Source: Paraspadella gotoi (taxonomy: Eukaryota > Animalia > Chaetognatha). Taken from it: a stretch of DNA of 64,000 bases. The notes under the pieces were generated by a model. It saw only the letters and a list, made by a program, of their open reading frames with translations, searched no databases and was not told the DNA's origin. The position numbers were made by a program, and so were the translations under genes. The stretch covers positions 15,931,596 through 15,995,595 of the forward strand of contig CM119266.1 in the NCBI GenBank assembly GCA_051294375.1, written 5' to 3'. Shown piece after piece: positions 38,901 through 53,096 of the stretch (position 1 is its first letter; each line of letters opens with the position of its first letter).

Positions 38901-40136
38901 GAGCGGAGGCTGGTGATTCCGATTCATGGAAAAACGCCGGAGCAAGTGTGGGCGAGCAGAGACGATCTCGTCCGCGAGTTGGAGGCGGAGTTGGGGAAGC
39001 TGGTGGGCATAGAGTCTATTAGGACACGGCGCTATCTGGACGCAGAGGAGCAACGGGTCATTGACTCGGCGTCAAGCGATGTCGTCTTTTACGTCGTCAA
39101 CCCCGACACTGAGTCGATCGAAGACGCGAGCGACGTCCAGACCGTCATCGACGACGACAAAGTCAGAGAGATTCTGACGCCGCTCGTCGGGGAGCAGCCG
39201 GAGACGGAGAAGATTCTACGGCGCCCTCTGCCCGTGGTGGAGAGGGAGATATTTTTAAGAAATTACGAAAGGGCGGACACCATAACTTGGCCGATCATGG
39301 TAAGAGTTGATGATTAAACTACGATTGATTGATTGATTAATTAATTGATTAATTTTGTATTTAATGATGCATTGATTGATGATACTCGTTGATTTGTTTT
39401 AATTTTTTTATCCTACAAGCATTCTTTCGAGAAAAAAAAGTTATTTTTTGATTTTAGTATAAATTTTTGCTTCATATAATTCAGGTTGGGTTAGCTTCGG
39501 CGATTGCTTTTATTTCCTTCATTGGAATCATCTTTGCCTGTCGAAATTATAATGGATACAAAAAATTTAAGGATCAAACTATGCAAAGATACATGCAGGC
39601 GGCAAACTTTCTTCCGCCTTTCTACAAAGAACAAGGTAAAATAAGATATTTGAAATACCTCGGTTTTGTTTTGAGTTATTTATTTTTTTATTCTGTTAAC
39701 TTGTAAAATTTCTTAATCACACGATCTCAATAAATAACAAATTGTAATGAAGAGAGAGATCGAGAGTAAAATACAAGAATTATTTGCCGATAAGTATATC
39801 CGTTGGCCAAGTAGACGCAAAAGTTTTTAGGTTAAGATAAATCATTCATCCTAATGTAATGATGTCTTCAATTGCACAATCTTTCAAGCCTTCCGTCTTC
39901 GTCTGACCGAAGCGGGCGACCTCGACAACCTCGACAACTACGAGCTCGAGCCGTCGCGTCCGAGATCTGCCCTGACCGGGGCGGCTGCGTCGACGATTCC
40001 GCGGCCGCAGCCTCCCGAGAATCCCGTCTACCGCGAAGTTCGTCGCCTCAACGATCGACGACAACGGAATCCCATCTTCCTTGACGACTTTGAACCTTAC
40101 TCGCAGTCGACGAGGAGAATCACCGAACGATATTGA
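32936..40136 (+). CDS. PCDH15: Protocadherin-15 / Cad99C-like single-pass cadherin: about 16 EC repeats, membrane-adjacent domain (MAD), TM and short tail (about 2060 aa)
   Basis: Exons 32936-32982, 33066-about 33230/33258 (donor unresolved), 33566-33779, 33866-34104, 34181-39299, 39485-39635 and 39889-40136. Signal peptide, then QLC (as in Cad99C). EC1 has a Cys pair and ends DRNDITPVF. EC2 ends ASDNANNASERLTATTTVTVTVTDADDLGPNF (cf. PCDH15 [32 protein letters not shown]). EC3 starts with a Cys-Cys loop. MAD reads GKLVGIESIRTRRYLD..SDVVFYVVNPDT. TM is TWPIMVGLASAIAFISFIGIIFAC. Confidence 0.88.
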
Positions 40137-40214
40137 GGGAGTGGGGATCGGGGTTCGGGGATCCGGGTTGGGGATCCGGGTTTGGGATCGGGTGTGTACG
40201 TGGGATTCGGGGGA
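40137..40214 (+). repeat. G-tract heptamer-like repeat directly after the cadherin stop codon
   Basis: gggagtggggatcggggttcggggatccgggttggggatccgggtttgggatcggg...gggattcggggg. Confidence 0.75.
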
Positions 40215-40708
40215 TGTATCGCCTGTATTCGAGTCAGGCCAGTATCAGGGAATCATCCTGTCGCTAAAATATCAAATATCTCATTACGATTATTACAATC
40301 GTATTATTACAATTATTACAATCGTCTTTGGAAATTTGATATTCATCCTACCCTGTGATACATGAGCAATTGAGCATTCGTATTTTTATCACTGTAATTC
40401 TTACTGATGCTGTACTATAAGATATTGTAATTTTTTTATCGTTTTTTGGCTTGGTTATAACCATATACTAAAACGCTATACTCGATAACACGGAGAATTC
40501 AAGTAATTTACTTTGTATTCATTAAAAAAAATTTGTATGAATCGATGAAAGGCTATAAAGCTATGAACAAAACTTAAAAATAACCAATTCCTTTTCCCCT
40601 CATCCCCAACATTTTACGAATCCCGATCGCCCCGCGAATTGCCTACGGGAAGAAAAAGATGCATCTTCAGTCCGAAAGGTGAAAAAGAAATGATAAGAAT
40701 TTTTCGGT

Positions 40709-40768
<60 letters not shown>

Positions 40769-41403
40769 GAAACCTGAGATGAGATAGCGCGTTATTATCG
40801 GAGACTGCCGTCTTTACCGGATTCGTTGTAGAAATCAGTTAAATCGTAGCGAGGGGTTTGTTTAAGGCGTCTTGGTAAAAAAAATATAAATTATTTAAAA
40901 AATATATGAAATGAATGTATTTGAGATTCATGGATATAATTGAGAAATACTTCGTGATTGTTAATTCTCAGAAAACGATCAATTTCATAGCGAAAAACGA
41001 AAAGCAAAAAGATAAGATTTAATGAGAAATTTCGTTTAAAAAAAAATAATTTTGCTTCCGCGTCAGACGCTTGAACGAAAGCAGGTGGAAAGGAAAAGTA
41101 CGGAAAGATCTTCGAAAATGATAAAATCCACTTTTACAAGTTCAGAGAGAAATTCCTTCGAAAAGTAATTTAAAGTCCCAGATCGGTAGATGTTTTGTAT
41201 AGATTTTTCTCCGAAAGGTTGTGTGTTTCCTCCCTAACTAGGTCTTTTATGAAAATTTCAAGTAAATTTACTTAAATTTACTGCGCTTAAGTCTTAATTA
41301 GTGAATCATCGCTATTTAAACAAAAAAAAAAATCCCAGGAAAAAATGAGTCATCGCTGAATTCCGCAGCATCCCCCGCTTCCCTTCGAGGTCCGCCGTTT
41401 ATT

Positions 41404-41720
41404 NNNNNNNNNNNNNNNNNNNNNNNNNNNNNNNNNNNNNNNNNNNNNNNNNNNNNNNNNNNNNNNNNNNNNNNNNNNNNNNNNNNNNNNNNNNNNNNNN
41501 NNNNNNNNNNNNNNNNNNNNNNNNNNNNNNNNNNNNNNNNNNNNNNNNNNNNNNNNNNNNNNNNNNNNNNNNNNNNNNNNNNNNNNNNNNNNNNNNNNNN
41601 NNNNNNNNNNNNNNNNNNNNNNNNNNNNNNNNNNNNNNNNNNNNNNNNNNNNNNNNNNNNNNNNNNNNNNNNNNNNNNNNNNNNNNNNNNNNNNNNNNNN
41701 NNNNNNNNNNNNNNNNNNNN
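41404..41720. other. Assembly gap (317 N)
   Basis: N run. Confidence 0.99.
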
Positions 41721-42304
41721 TTTCTTTTACCCTTTGTTTCTTAGTTCAGTAATTCGATCCGCGGTACTCGTAAACAACTATAGTATCGGATATTCTAAAG
41801 GATGATTTTCAACAATCTCAAAAAAAAATTTAGTAAAAAATATTTGCGATTGTGTTCGTTCGCAACTTCTCTCAAATAGTGGTCTAAAAATGTCGACGTG
41901 TACATATTTGACGGTTATTTATTTATTCGTTCACTTACTTAATACTTATTCGCTCACTCACTCGCGTATTCACGCAATCACGAATTCAGGAATTCACTGA
42001 TTGACGTCACGAGCCAAAAACTTTTCCCTCCTTTTCCGTGTAAAGCGACTCTTTTCCGGTTCGACCTCCACGCCTCCAAAGAATCCCTCATTTCTTTCTT
42101 CTATACTTTCTAAACTCTATGTGTAGCGAGTAGAAGTTTTAGTAATGTTTGATTAAGAACTAGTTAGTTTATTTATATATATAGTTTCTAAAAAGTTTTT
42201 AAATATTATTTTTAAAAAACAACGCGAATAAAAAACTTTATCCCCGCATTTGGAATATCAACCCGAGCCCGCTTGTTACGGTATCTCTCTCTCTCTTCTA
42301 TCTC

Positions 42305-42340
<36 letters not shown>

Positions 42341-42525
42341 TCCTCCACCCTTAATTTCTGCTCCGATGCTTCACTCCTGAATGAACATCGAACAAAACTC
42401 ATTGTTCTCCTTGCCTCTCTGTCTCTTCGTCACCCACCCTGTCAGTCCCGCTTTCTTTCTTTCTTTTTTTCCCTACTTTCTTGCTAGCTTGCTTGCTTGT
42501 TTGCTTTCTTATATCTTTCCTTTTT

Positions 42526-42605
<80 letters not shown>

Positions 42606-42883
42606 TTCTTTCTTTTCTTTCTTCATTTTTTTCATTTTGTTCACTCCCGATTTTTCAAAGGTGGATTAAACTTTTACTTTGGCTGCTTTTGTTTTCACTC
42701 TCAACTTGCAGAGAACGTCTTTAACTAATTTTAAATTATTTCGGTATTCTCATATTCTCACACGAACGTCAATGAAATTAAGAGATAGAAGAGGGTAAAA
42801 ATGGCTCTGCCACCTTCACTTCATTTCGCCTTTCGGTCTTCACTTCTCTCCGCGGGATAATTCATGTATGAGAGAGAGAGAGA

Positions 42884-42949
<66 letters not shown>

Positions 42950-43121
42950 GCAGGGAAGAAGAGAGAGAGAGATGAGAATTTGAGATTCATTTCAATTTTC
43001 ATCGCAAGCCAGAAAAGTATGTAACTGCGCCACGCAGCCATTCTCGTGGTTTCCATCGGGAAACCAAGAGCGAACTCCATCGAAACGGCCCGCCTTCTTC
43101 CTTCCCCCTTAAAGAGAGAGA

Positions 43122-46100
43122 TTAACTAGTGAAGATATTTAAAAGTATCTTCTCCGAAGCGGCAAATCTTTTAGACACGAGGCATAAACACAAATTTTAT
43201 TAAACGATTGATGCAAATCAAAAAAATAAAGGTGGCAAACCAAACAGCACAAATTGAAATCACAATTACTTCTGTGAATGAGTCAGTCAGTATTTGATAC
43301 TACTTATCATAAAAAGAACTGCAGAAGCGAGACATGTTAGTTAATGGCGCAGTTGAGCCAAAGATATGGATAGAAAGTCACCACATGGAATTGTTAATTA
43401 TGAATCACATCAGTATCAAACAATGAATGTCTAAGTTTGAAATAGATTCTAAATCTGTGATCTCAGTTTTAAATAGTCAGCTGATAGAGGGAGGCAAAGT
43501 ATATGCCGTAGTAATTGCAGCAAAAATGCTGGACGAAAAAGTGGATTAGCTGTACAGTTAAGGTAAACTTTTTTTCCTGGCTTTAATTATTGGTCCTGCT
43601 TCGAAAGCCTCTGTACGGAAATACTCTTGTGGAATCTACAAGGGTGGTACAAAAAATTTTCAATTAAAAGCCAATGACCTGATTCAGCAAGACATATTGA
43701 GTATGAGAATATGTTACTTGGAAATGATAAATGGTATTTGTAATCGGATTCCTTTCGATAAAAAAGAAAGATTTTTAACTCTTGTAAAAAATTGGATTTG
43801 AACTGACGCCAACCATGATATTGCTGATTAAAGCCTCCGATGGGATGACTAGAGGATGAGTTTCAAACTGATTGTCTTGATAGCAGGACACTAATGAAAT
43901 GCCCTCGTTTTTTCTAAAAATAGATTACGAATTTACATAGCAGAAGAATGACCAATCCACGTCAGTTGGCCGAACAGCTGCGAACTGATATAGATTCTAA
44001 ATGAATAATGGAAGTAATAATTTATGAAGTGACAAACAACGTTCCATTTCGAAATCCCACGGGCCATATATATAACAGAACAACTTGACTAATAACGAGA
44101 AAATTTATGATTTTATGTAAGGGCAAATGATGGTGGGAAAATAGTTACCTAAGTACAGGCTTCTTGTGACCGTTTGTTTAAAGATTTTCAGATACAGCTC
44201 CTCATTTGTTAACAATTACTAAGTGGGATATTTCAGAAATCTTCGTAAAGGACTGAAACATGGCGGTTGTTTCAGCTGTAGATCTGAACAGTTCCGAAAA
44301 TAACCATATAATATTAGTGGAGCGCTTCAAACTATTGTAAAATTGACAGCACCTCGGGTAAAATATCCGCAGTACGTTCATTTGATTTAAAAAGAACCAA
44401 CATAAACTTTTTTGTTCATGGGGAGAAGAAATCATCTCGCAACAGCACGTCCGAAATTAATATTTTAGACACAACACTTGCCTCCTGTTTTCCAAAAAAG
44501 ATTCTATTTCCGGATTTGCGTGAATACGATACCAGGGAAACTTTTGAACACCGTAAAGCTGGTGGATCTGACTCGATTAGGACGAGATCACCTACGAATT
44601 TTCCAATTTGAATCCGGATGGCGGGACTTGAATTATTTTTATTCAACTCACCACGGGAAAGAATAAGAATCGAGAAAAATCTTAATGGTCAAGGGAAAGG
44701 CTTTTACTGTTGAACCGTGGTGGATGACAATGGAAGATCCTCCTTGAATGGAACTGTAAGACGTTTTAATAAAAGTTGATGCGTTCAGAAGGGCCTGTAT
44801 TTTAAAGAATCCTCCGGAATTTCCGTAGACGTTCCACAAGAACTTTTTAGGTTCCCCCAGATGGTAACTTGGTAAAAGCCGAAGGATAATTTTGCAATAG
44901 AATCGTTAACTACAAACTCGATGGCACCAGAGGCATTACCGTTTTGTATTAGTCGCACAACCGGCTGATGTTCTTTAGTAATATCAGTTAAGGTGAAGAA
45001 ACCACATCTTATGTTTTGTATGTTCGATCTTACGATCCGGCGCGACCGGTCGAGCATCAATAGCTATTCTCAATGTAATTCATAGTAAATAGAATAGACC
45101 AGATTTTCCCCCAATGGCTGGGCGGACGACTGGCAAAGTCTATTTCTGAAGCAATCTCATTGGTTTCATCATTTTCCATTAACCAAGCGAACTGATCTCG
45201 ACACTGGACTCTGGCGTATTAAGATACAAATTAACTGGAAAAAGATCACTCGAATTTTATGCAATCAGACTGCTGAAATAACTGAAAGTCTTCCTCACAA
45301 GAGATAAATCCGTTTTCTTCCAAATATTCTCACACAGCACTGACATGGGTAAACTCAATTATAAACGCGAGTTGTAACATGCACTTTAATAGTGAAATAG
45401 AAACGAAAATCTCCCTCGCTGTTGTCGCCGTTTGAACACGTCCACCAGTCAACATTAAGGAAGATATTAGATAAAGACGCTTTGTTCGGCATGATGTACG
45501 CCTACTGATTGAATATGATAAGATAATGTAATATATCCTTTATCTGAGAATGGAAAGCTTTGGAATACTTTTAAAAATAAGATAATGTACTGGACGTATA
45601 GAGGGTTAAAAGGATTTGCTTCTTGACACTCTCGCGATTATAGTCCGATTGCGCGTGGAGCGTCAGATGATCGTGATAGTTCCCAAAAGCACAGAAACAT
45701 GTATTGACGCTTGACGTTAAATAGAAATCTAATCCTAACAATCATAAGGCTTTTTAATAAGCAGCAAATCTAGATGAACGATGCTTTAAAAAACCGAAGT
45801 CGCCACTGTTTCAGCATGACCGCAGACAGAGGAAAAAGTGAAGAAATCTATTAATGGAATTCATCTAAAGAAGGGATCAGGTCATCAGTATTTTTTCATT
45901 ATCGCGGACACGGGTTTGATGATTCTGATCAAATCTTTGGCCCTCTGACCTGGCAAAATTGTCAGAATATAGATTCGATCGTTTTGGCTTCTGACTGCGC
46001 GGAAATCCGACAAAACCGGATGCAAAAGGTTATCGCATGTAAACAGAACGATTCTCTCCAATTATTGAGAAACACGGTAATTCAAATGGTTAAGAAACCG

Positions 46101-48948
46101 TCGGAATAATTTTCACTCCATAGTGACAAGTAGCGCGCACTGGACAATGATGCTGGTTGGGACCTAAAAGTTGTCAACTATATATCTACAAGGCGCAGTG
46201 GCCAAGAGTTCTGGGTTAGAGCTATTCAATAGCCCTCGAAACGGCCTGTATTCATCAAAAAACCTTTGACAATCGACTGGAGTTTTCGATTCATTCTGAG
46301 CGTTTTGGCAAAAGAGCACGGGACATCCTTCTCGATCCTCCACGACTGAAGGTCGAGGATTAAGGTCGAAGATCCCCGACAAATCGCCTTCTTTGCGAAA
46401 GCCTGACACGGACTCGATGTAATCGGAAAAAAATATCGATTCGGTTCTGTGAATTTTTACGACTGACGTTCTTACAGACCCGTACGGGGCAAACAGGTTC
46501 GGTGCGTTCCATCGTCCGGGAAACCGACGCCGGTCACTTTTGGCTCGACGAGGCGAGACGACGACGCCTGTGAGCTATACTTATACCAGCTCTGTGAAGA
46601 GAAATGGAGGAAGAGTTTGGTTGGAAATCGGTGTTTCTGAAGAAGGGATTGTCTCCGGTCGAACGGGAAGGATCGAGAGCGGAGAAAGCGTCGATGATTT
46701 TTCCAAGACTGTGGTGAGGACTCTTCAAAGCTTGTAACGACTTTGAGCCCACTTGCGTGCTTGAGTTCTCTTCGTCGCCTACGCTACTCCGAAACCGCTT
46801 CTTCGCCGCGTCGATCGTACGCGCGCGCCTTCACTCACGTGATCACACATGGAAGCTTCGGGAGAACGACGCCCGGGATCAACGGTCGCCTCGGTCTTTG
46901 AGTTTGGTCTATTCATCAACGGCTCGGCGGCCACGCGCATGTTTTTCGCATTGATAAGACTCAGGAAAGATCGAGACAAAGAAAAGTTTGGTAGGTTTTG
47001 AGGGGACAGTTTAAGCTGATGCCTCGAGTCAACGAAATCCATCCCCACGCGCATTGAGTTTAAATGGGGCGCGCAAGATCGCAGCGCCGAGTTGATCGTC
47101 AACAGCTGATTGACGATGAGCGAGGCTGGTGTCCGATTATGGAAAACGCCGGAGAAGTGGTGGGGCGAGCAGAGATGAATCTCAGTCCGCGAGTTGAGCG
47201 GAGTTGGGAAGCTGGTGGGCATAGAAGTTATCAGGACAGGCGCTATTGGAGCCGAGGAGCAACGGGTCAATTGACTCCGGCGTCAAGCGAATGTCGGTCT
47301 TTTACGTCTTCAACTCCCCGAACCTGAGTCGAATCGAAGACGCGAGCGACGTCAAGACCGTCATCGACGAGACAAAAGTCAGAGAGTTCTTGACGGCGCC
47401 TCGTCGGGAGCAGCCGGAGACGGAGAAATCTACGGCGCCCTCATGCCAGCTGGTGGAGAGGGAGATTTTTTAGAAGATTAAGAAAAGGGCGGACCACAAT
47501 ATTGGCCGATCATGGTAAGAGTTGATGATAAACTACTGATTGATATTTGATTAATTAATTGATTAATTTTGTATTTAAATGATGCATTGATTGATGATAA
47601 TCGTTGATTGGTTTTAATTTTTTTTATCCTAACAAGCATTCTTTCGAGAAAAAAAACTTATTTTTTGAATTTGTATACAGATTTTTGCTTCATATAATTC
47701 AGGTTGGGTTAGACTTCGGCGATTGCTTTTATTTCCTTCATTGGAACTCATCTTGGCCTGTCGAAATTTATAATGGATACATAATATAAATTAAGGATCA
47801 AACTATGCAAGATATCATGCGGCGGAAACTTTCTTCGCTTCTACAAAGAACAAGGTAAATAAGATATTTGAAAATATCGTTTGTTTTGAGTTATTCTATT
47901 TTTTATATTGTATGTAAATTCTTAATCACACGAATCCAACATAAATACAAATTGTAATGAAGAGAGAGATCGAGAGTAAAAACGCAAGAATATGTTGCGA
48001 TAAGAGTAATACCGTTGGAAGTAAGATCGCAAAAGTTTTTAGGTTAAGATAATATTCATCCTAATGTAATGAATGTCTTCAAATGTCTTACAATCTTCAA
48101 GCTTCCGTCTTCCGTCTGCCGATATCGGTTGCTGTTACCTCTCGACAACTTCTCGTAAATACGGAGCTCGAGCCGTCGCGTCCTAGATTGTCCTGAGGGC
48201 GGGCTGTCGTCGACGATTCGGGCCGTCGGCCTCCCGAAGAATTCCGTCTACTGCGTAAGTTCGTCGCTCTCCGATTCTGATCGACAACTGAATCGAATCA
48301 TTTTCCCTTGAGACTTTGAACCTTACTTCGCAGTCGACGAGGAGAATCAGAACGAAATTGAGGAGATGGGGATCGGAGTTCGGGGATCCGGGTTGGTGAT
48401 GGTTATGGGGTGTGTACGGTGCGGATTGCGGGGGATGTAATCGCTGTATTCGAGAGTGCCAGTATCAGTGGAATCATCCTGTGCTAAAATCATACTATCG
48501 ATATCATCGATTATGATTATACATGGGTCTTTGGAGAATTTGATATTCATCCTACCCGTGAATACATGAGCAATTGGAGCATTCGTTATGTTTTATACGT
48601 AATTCTACTGATGCCTGTAACTATACAGATATTGTATATGTTTTTTTGTTTTTGGCTTGTTATAACATATACTAAACGCTTACCGATAACACGGAGAATT
48701 CAAGGTAATTTACTTTGTTTCTTAAAAAAGAATTTGTAAGATTCGGATGATAGGCTATAAAAGCTATGAACAAAATTAAAAATACCAATTCCTTTTCCTC
48801 ATCCCCAACTATTTTACGAATCCCGATCGCCCCGCGATTGCCTACCGGGAAAGAAAAAGATGCATTTCAGATCGAAAGGTGAAAAAGAAATGATAAGAAT
48901 TTTTCGGTGAGAGAGAGAGAAGAAGAGAGAGAGAGAGAGAGAGAAGAA

Positions 48949-49006
<58 letters not shown>

Positions 49007-50903
49007 CTTTGGGAACCTGAAGATGAGATAGGGTTATTAATGGAGACTGCGTTTTACCGGGATTCGTTGTAGAAATAGTTAAATCGAAGGAGGGGTTTGT
49101 TTAAGGTCGTCTTGATAAAAAATATAATTATTTAAAAAATATATGAACATGAATGTATTTGGAGATTCATGGATAAATTGAGAATACTTCGTGGATTTGT
49201 TAATTCTCAGAAAACGATCAATTTATAGCGAAAACGAAAAGCAAAAAGAATAAGATTTAATGAGAATTTCGTTTAATAAAAAAATCTTTGCATTCCGCGT
49301 CAGAACGCTTGAACGAAAAGGCAGGTTGAAAGGAAGTACGGAAAGGATCTTCGAAAGATGATAAAATCACTTTTACAAGTTCAGAGAGAAATTTCTTCGA
49401 AAAAGTAATTAAGTCCAGAATCGGTACGATGTTTTGTATATGAATTTTTCTCCGAAAGGTTGGTGTTTTCCTCCCTAACTAGGTTCTTTATGCAAAATTT
49501 CAAGTAAATTACTTAATTTATTGCGCTTAAGTCTTAATTAGTGAATTCATCGCTATTTAACGAAAAAAAAAATCCGAGGAAAAAATGAGTCATCGCTGAA
49601 TGTTCCGCAGCTCCCCCGCTCTTCGAGGTCCGCCGTATTATTGTTCTATCGTCATGAATAATAAAGCTTTAAAAACGTCGAATTTTATAAGACTTAGTAT
49701 GAAACTAAAGAGAGTTTTAAAAACGAGCTCGGCGAGATTCGTATTTCTTTTACCTTTGTGCTTCCTTAGTTAGTAATTCGAATCCACCGGAACTCGTAAC
49801 ACTATAGTATCGGATATTTAAAAGATGATTTTACAAATATAAAAAAAAAAATTTAGTAAAAAATATTTGCGTGTGTTCGTTCGAAACTTTCTAATTGGGT
49901 TAAAATGTCGAGACGGATGTAATATTGAACGGGGTTATTTATTTATTCGTTCACTTACTTAATACTTATTCGCTCTATGCGTATTCAGCATCACGAATTC
50001 AGGAATTCTGATTGAGTAGAGGACAAACTTTCACTCCTTTTCCGTGTTAGCGCTCTTTTCCGGTTCGACTACGACTCGATAGTAGGTAGATATCGTATTG
50101 TTTTTTCGTATACCGATTTCTCTCTCATTAGACTATGAAGATTGTAATTGTTTGTTTAGAATGGAACGTTAGTGGTTGGGAGTATTTGAATAAGTATAAA
50201 TAAAGGTTTTATAAATAATTATTTTTAAAAAAAGCGAATTAAAAACTTTACCCGATTTGGGAATATCAAACCCGGGAGCCGTTGGTTACGGGTATCTCCT
50301 CTCTTTCTCAAATCCTCATTCTCTCTCTTCTCTCTCTCTCTCCCATCTCTCTCCTCTCTTCTCCTCCCACCGCTTAATTTTCTGGCTCCGATGCTTCACT
50401 GCCTGAGATGAACACTCGAAAAACTCATTGTTCTCCCTTGCCTCTTGGTCTTCTTCGGGGGTCACACCGACCCTGGTCAGTCCTCGTTTCTTTCTTTCTT
50501 TTTTTCCTACTTTTCCTGCTAGCTTGCTGGCTTGTTTGCTTTCTTATATCTTTCGCTTTTTTTTTCGTTTCCTTTCTTCTTCTTTTCTTCTTCTTTCTTC
50601 TTTTGTCTTCTCATTTTTTTTTTTCTTTTTCTTTATTTCTTTCTTTCTTTCTTTCTCTTTTCTTTTCCTTTTTCATGTTTTTCATTTTGTTCTCATCGAT
50701 TTTCAAAGGTGATTAAACTTTTCTTTTGGGCTTGCTTTTGTTTTCAACTCTCACAGAAACGTCTTTAACTAATTTTAAATTATTTCGGTATTCTCATATT
50801 CTCACACGAACGTCATGAAATTAAAGATAGAAGAGGGTAAAATGGCTCTGCCACCTTCCACTTACGCTTTCGGTCTTCCTTTCTCCGCGGATAATTCATG
50901 TAT

Positions 50904-50995
<92 letters not shown>

Positions 50996-51143
50996 AGAGA
51001 GAGACAGAGAGAGAATTTGAGAATTTCATTTATTTCATCCGCCAGCCAGAAAAGTAATGTACTGCGCCCACCAGCCATTCTCGTGGTTTCCATCGGAAAC
51101 CAGAGCGAACTCCATCGAAACGGCCGCCTTCTTCCTTCCCCTT
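43122..51143 (+). pseudogene. Indel-riddled tandem direct copy of about 34861..43110 (3' part of the cadherin gene, its introns and downstream DNA); probably an assembly artefact
   Basis: Starts tt(a)actagtgaag(g)atattt, matching 34861, and ends cggccgccttcttccttcccctt, matching about 43110. Introns are retained and 1-bp indels occur every 10-20 bp in coding and non-coding parts alike. Confidence 0.9.
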
Positions 51144-51339
51144 TACCTCTTCTCTTCATCTCCCTCCCTTAATTCAATTCCCCCCCCCCCCTTCACCACA
51201 GGCCCGTGTTCGTCGGGTAGGTTCTGCCCTTGATTGGACTTTTCAATTTGGGCAAAGGCGCAATTCCCGGCTTGATTTTTGATTGACGATACATTGATGA
51301 ACGCCCGAGCGCGTGGGAGGGGGGGTGGACAAGGTCTCT

Positions 51340-51417
<78 letters not shown>

Positions 51418-51532
51418 CGAAGGACTCCTTTTGTTGGTAGGCGGTTTTAGGTAATTGGGGAGCCAAACGCTGGCGAGGAAAGGAAGAAAGGAAAGAAAAG
51501 AAAAGAGAGAGAGTGAGAGATAGACAGAGACA

Positions 51533-51557
51533 NNNNNNNNNNNNNNNNNNNNNNNNN
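51533..51557. other. Assembly gap (25 N)
   Basis: N run. Confidence 0.99.
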
Positions 51558-51812
51558 GAGAGACAGAGAGACAGAGAGACAGAGAAGATAAGAATAAATT
51601 ATCTAATAAAAGCCTTCTTCTAATTATACCTGAAGGTCTGATCATAAATCGAACTCTCATTTTATCACTTTTTCTCTATTTATTAAGAACTTTCTTCGAC
51701 ATAAAGTTATTTGACTAAAAGCGACAACCCATTCACTAAGATTTTCTCACTATGAATTTCTTTCCTTGAGATACTTCCCGTTCTTGCTCAACCTTCTCAA
51801 TTCACCCGTCTT

Positions 51813-51851
<39 letters not shown>

Positions 51852-51862
51852 TTACTCTCTCC

Positions 51863-51911
<49 letters not shown>

Positions 51912-51946
51912 CCTCGTCACCAGAGACTTGAAATTAATTCCAAGTG

Positions 51947-52010
51947 NNNNNNNNNNNNNNNNNNNNNNNNNNNNNNNNNNNNNNNNNNNNNNNNNNNNNN
52001 NNNNNNNNNN
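51947..52010. other. Assembly gap (64 N)
   Basis: N run. Confidence 0.99.
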
Positions 52011-53061
52011 AATTCTAAGGATGATCATTTTACACCGAGAAAGAGAAAAGGAGATAGAGATAGAGGGAGAGAGGGAGAGAGGGAAGTCGCTCCTTCAACG
52101 CGATAACATCGCACATTCTTTCATCCTTCGTCCGCGATGCTCTTTTTTTTTTCCTCTCAAGTCGAACTTTAGTTCAAAATTGTTCCGCTCTTATTTTTTA
52201 AAGCTTGAGATTAACAACTCGTGGGGAAAAGTGGCCAGAGCGGCGAATCCAACTCTCGCTAATTGCCGAGAAGATGAGAAGCGATCTTTTCAAAACACCC
52301 AGCGACATCGCCGTGCAAAGCTCTCGATTTCCCCCTCGTTAAAAATGAATAAACTCGGCCATCACTCCCTCTCCCTTTTTCCTTTTCCCCCCCTTTCCCC
52401 CTTTATCCGCACTCCTTGCCTCCCCCCCCTACAAACAAGGGAAAAGAAAAACGAACCTTCGGAGAAAAGCTGATCGAACTTTTTCCAAATCTCTAGGTCC
52501 CATTTTTCCGTCTCTCTTTATCTTTATTTGTATAAAGTTTCTCGAATAACCCGACAGGAGACTAGACGATATATAGTGGGCGAAGGGGGGAAAGAGAGGT
52601 GGCAGGGGTTGTCTTTTTGGAGGTGGTTGCTTAGGTGGAGAGACTGTGGCCGGGTAGGTTGCCTCCAAGCGATCGCAGACTCAACGCCTGTTTTTATAAA
52701 TTTCTACAGAAGCAAATATTAATTTACTATCGGGGGTCGTAATGTAATAACGGAAGTAAGTTTAAAAAACGTTTAAATCGATGAAAGGAACATCGAATGT
52801 CGAAGTATAGAAAAAAAAAGCCAAAAACTAATACCTCGATCCCAACTTGCTCTCATGGCGTGGTCGCTCCCTTGACGCGTCAATCTTCCCTTGGCGTGAA
52901 TCCCCCCACTTCCCTTCCTTCTTGTCTGGCCAATTCGATCTCAACCTCTCGTTACCCAATCCACCGCTAACCCATCTCCCGGTCCCTACAGTCGCGTCCA
53001 CCCAGTCTTAAAATCCCATCGGTTCCGAGAGAGATAGAGGAGAAGAGAAGAGTCAGAGAAT

Positions 53062-53096
<35 letters not shown>

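Noticed and set aside
46534-47473. Cadherin-like ORF fragments as a second cadherin gene
   Set aside because: They are frameshifted pieces of the noisy duplicate of the real exon.
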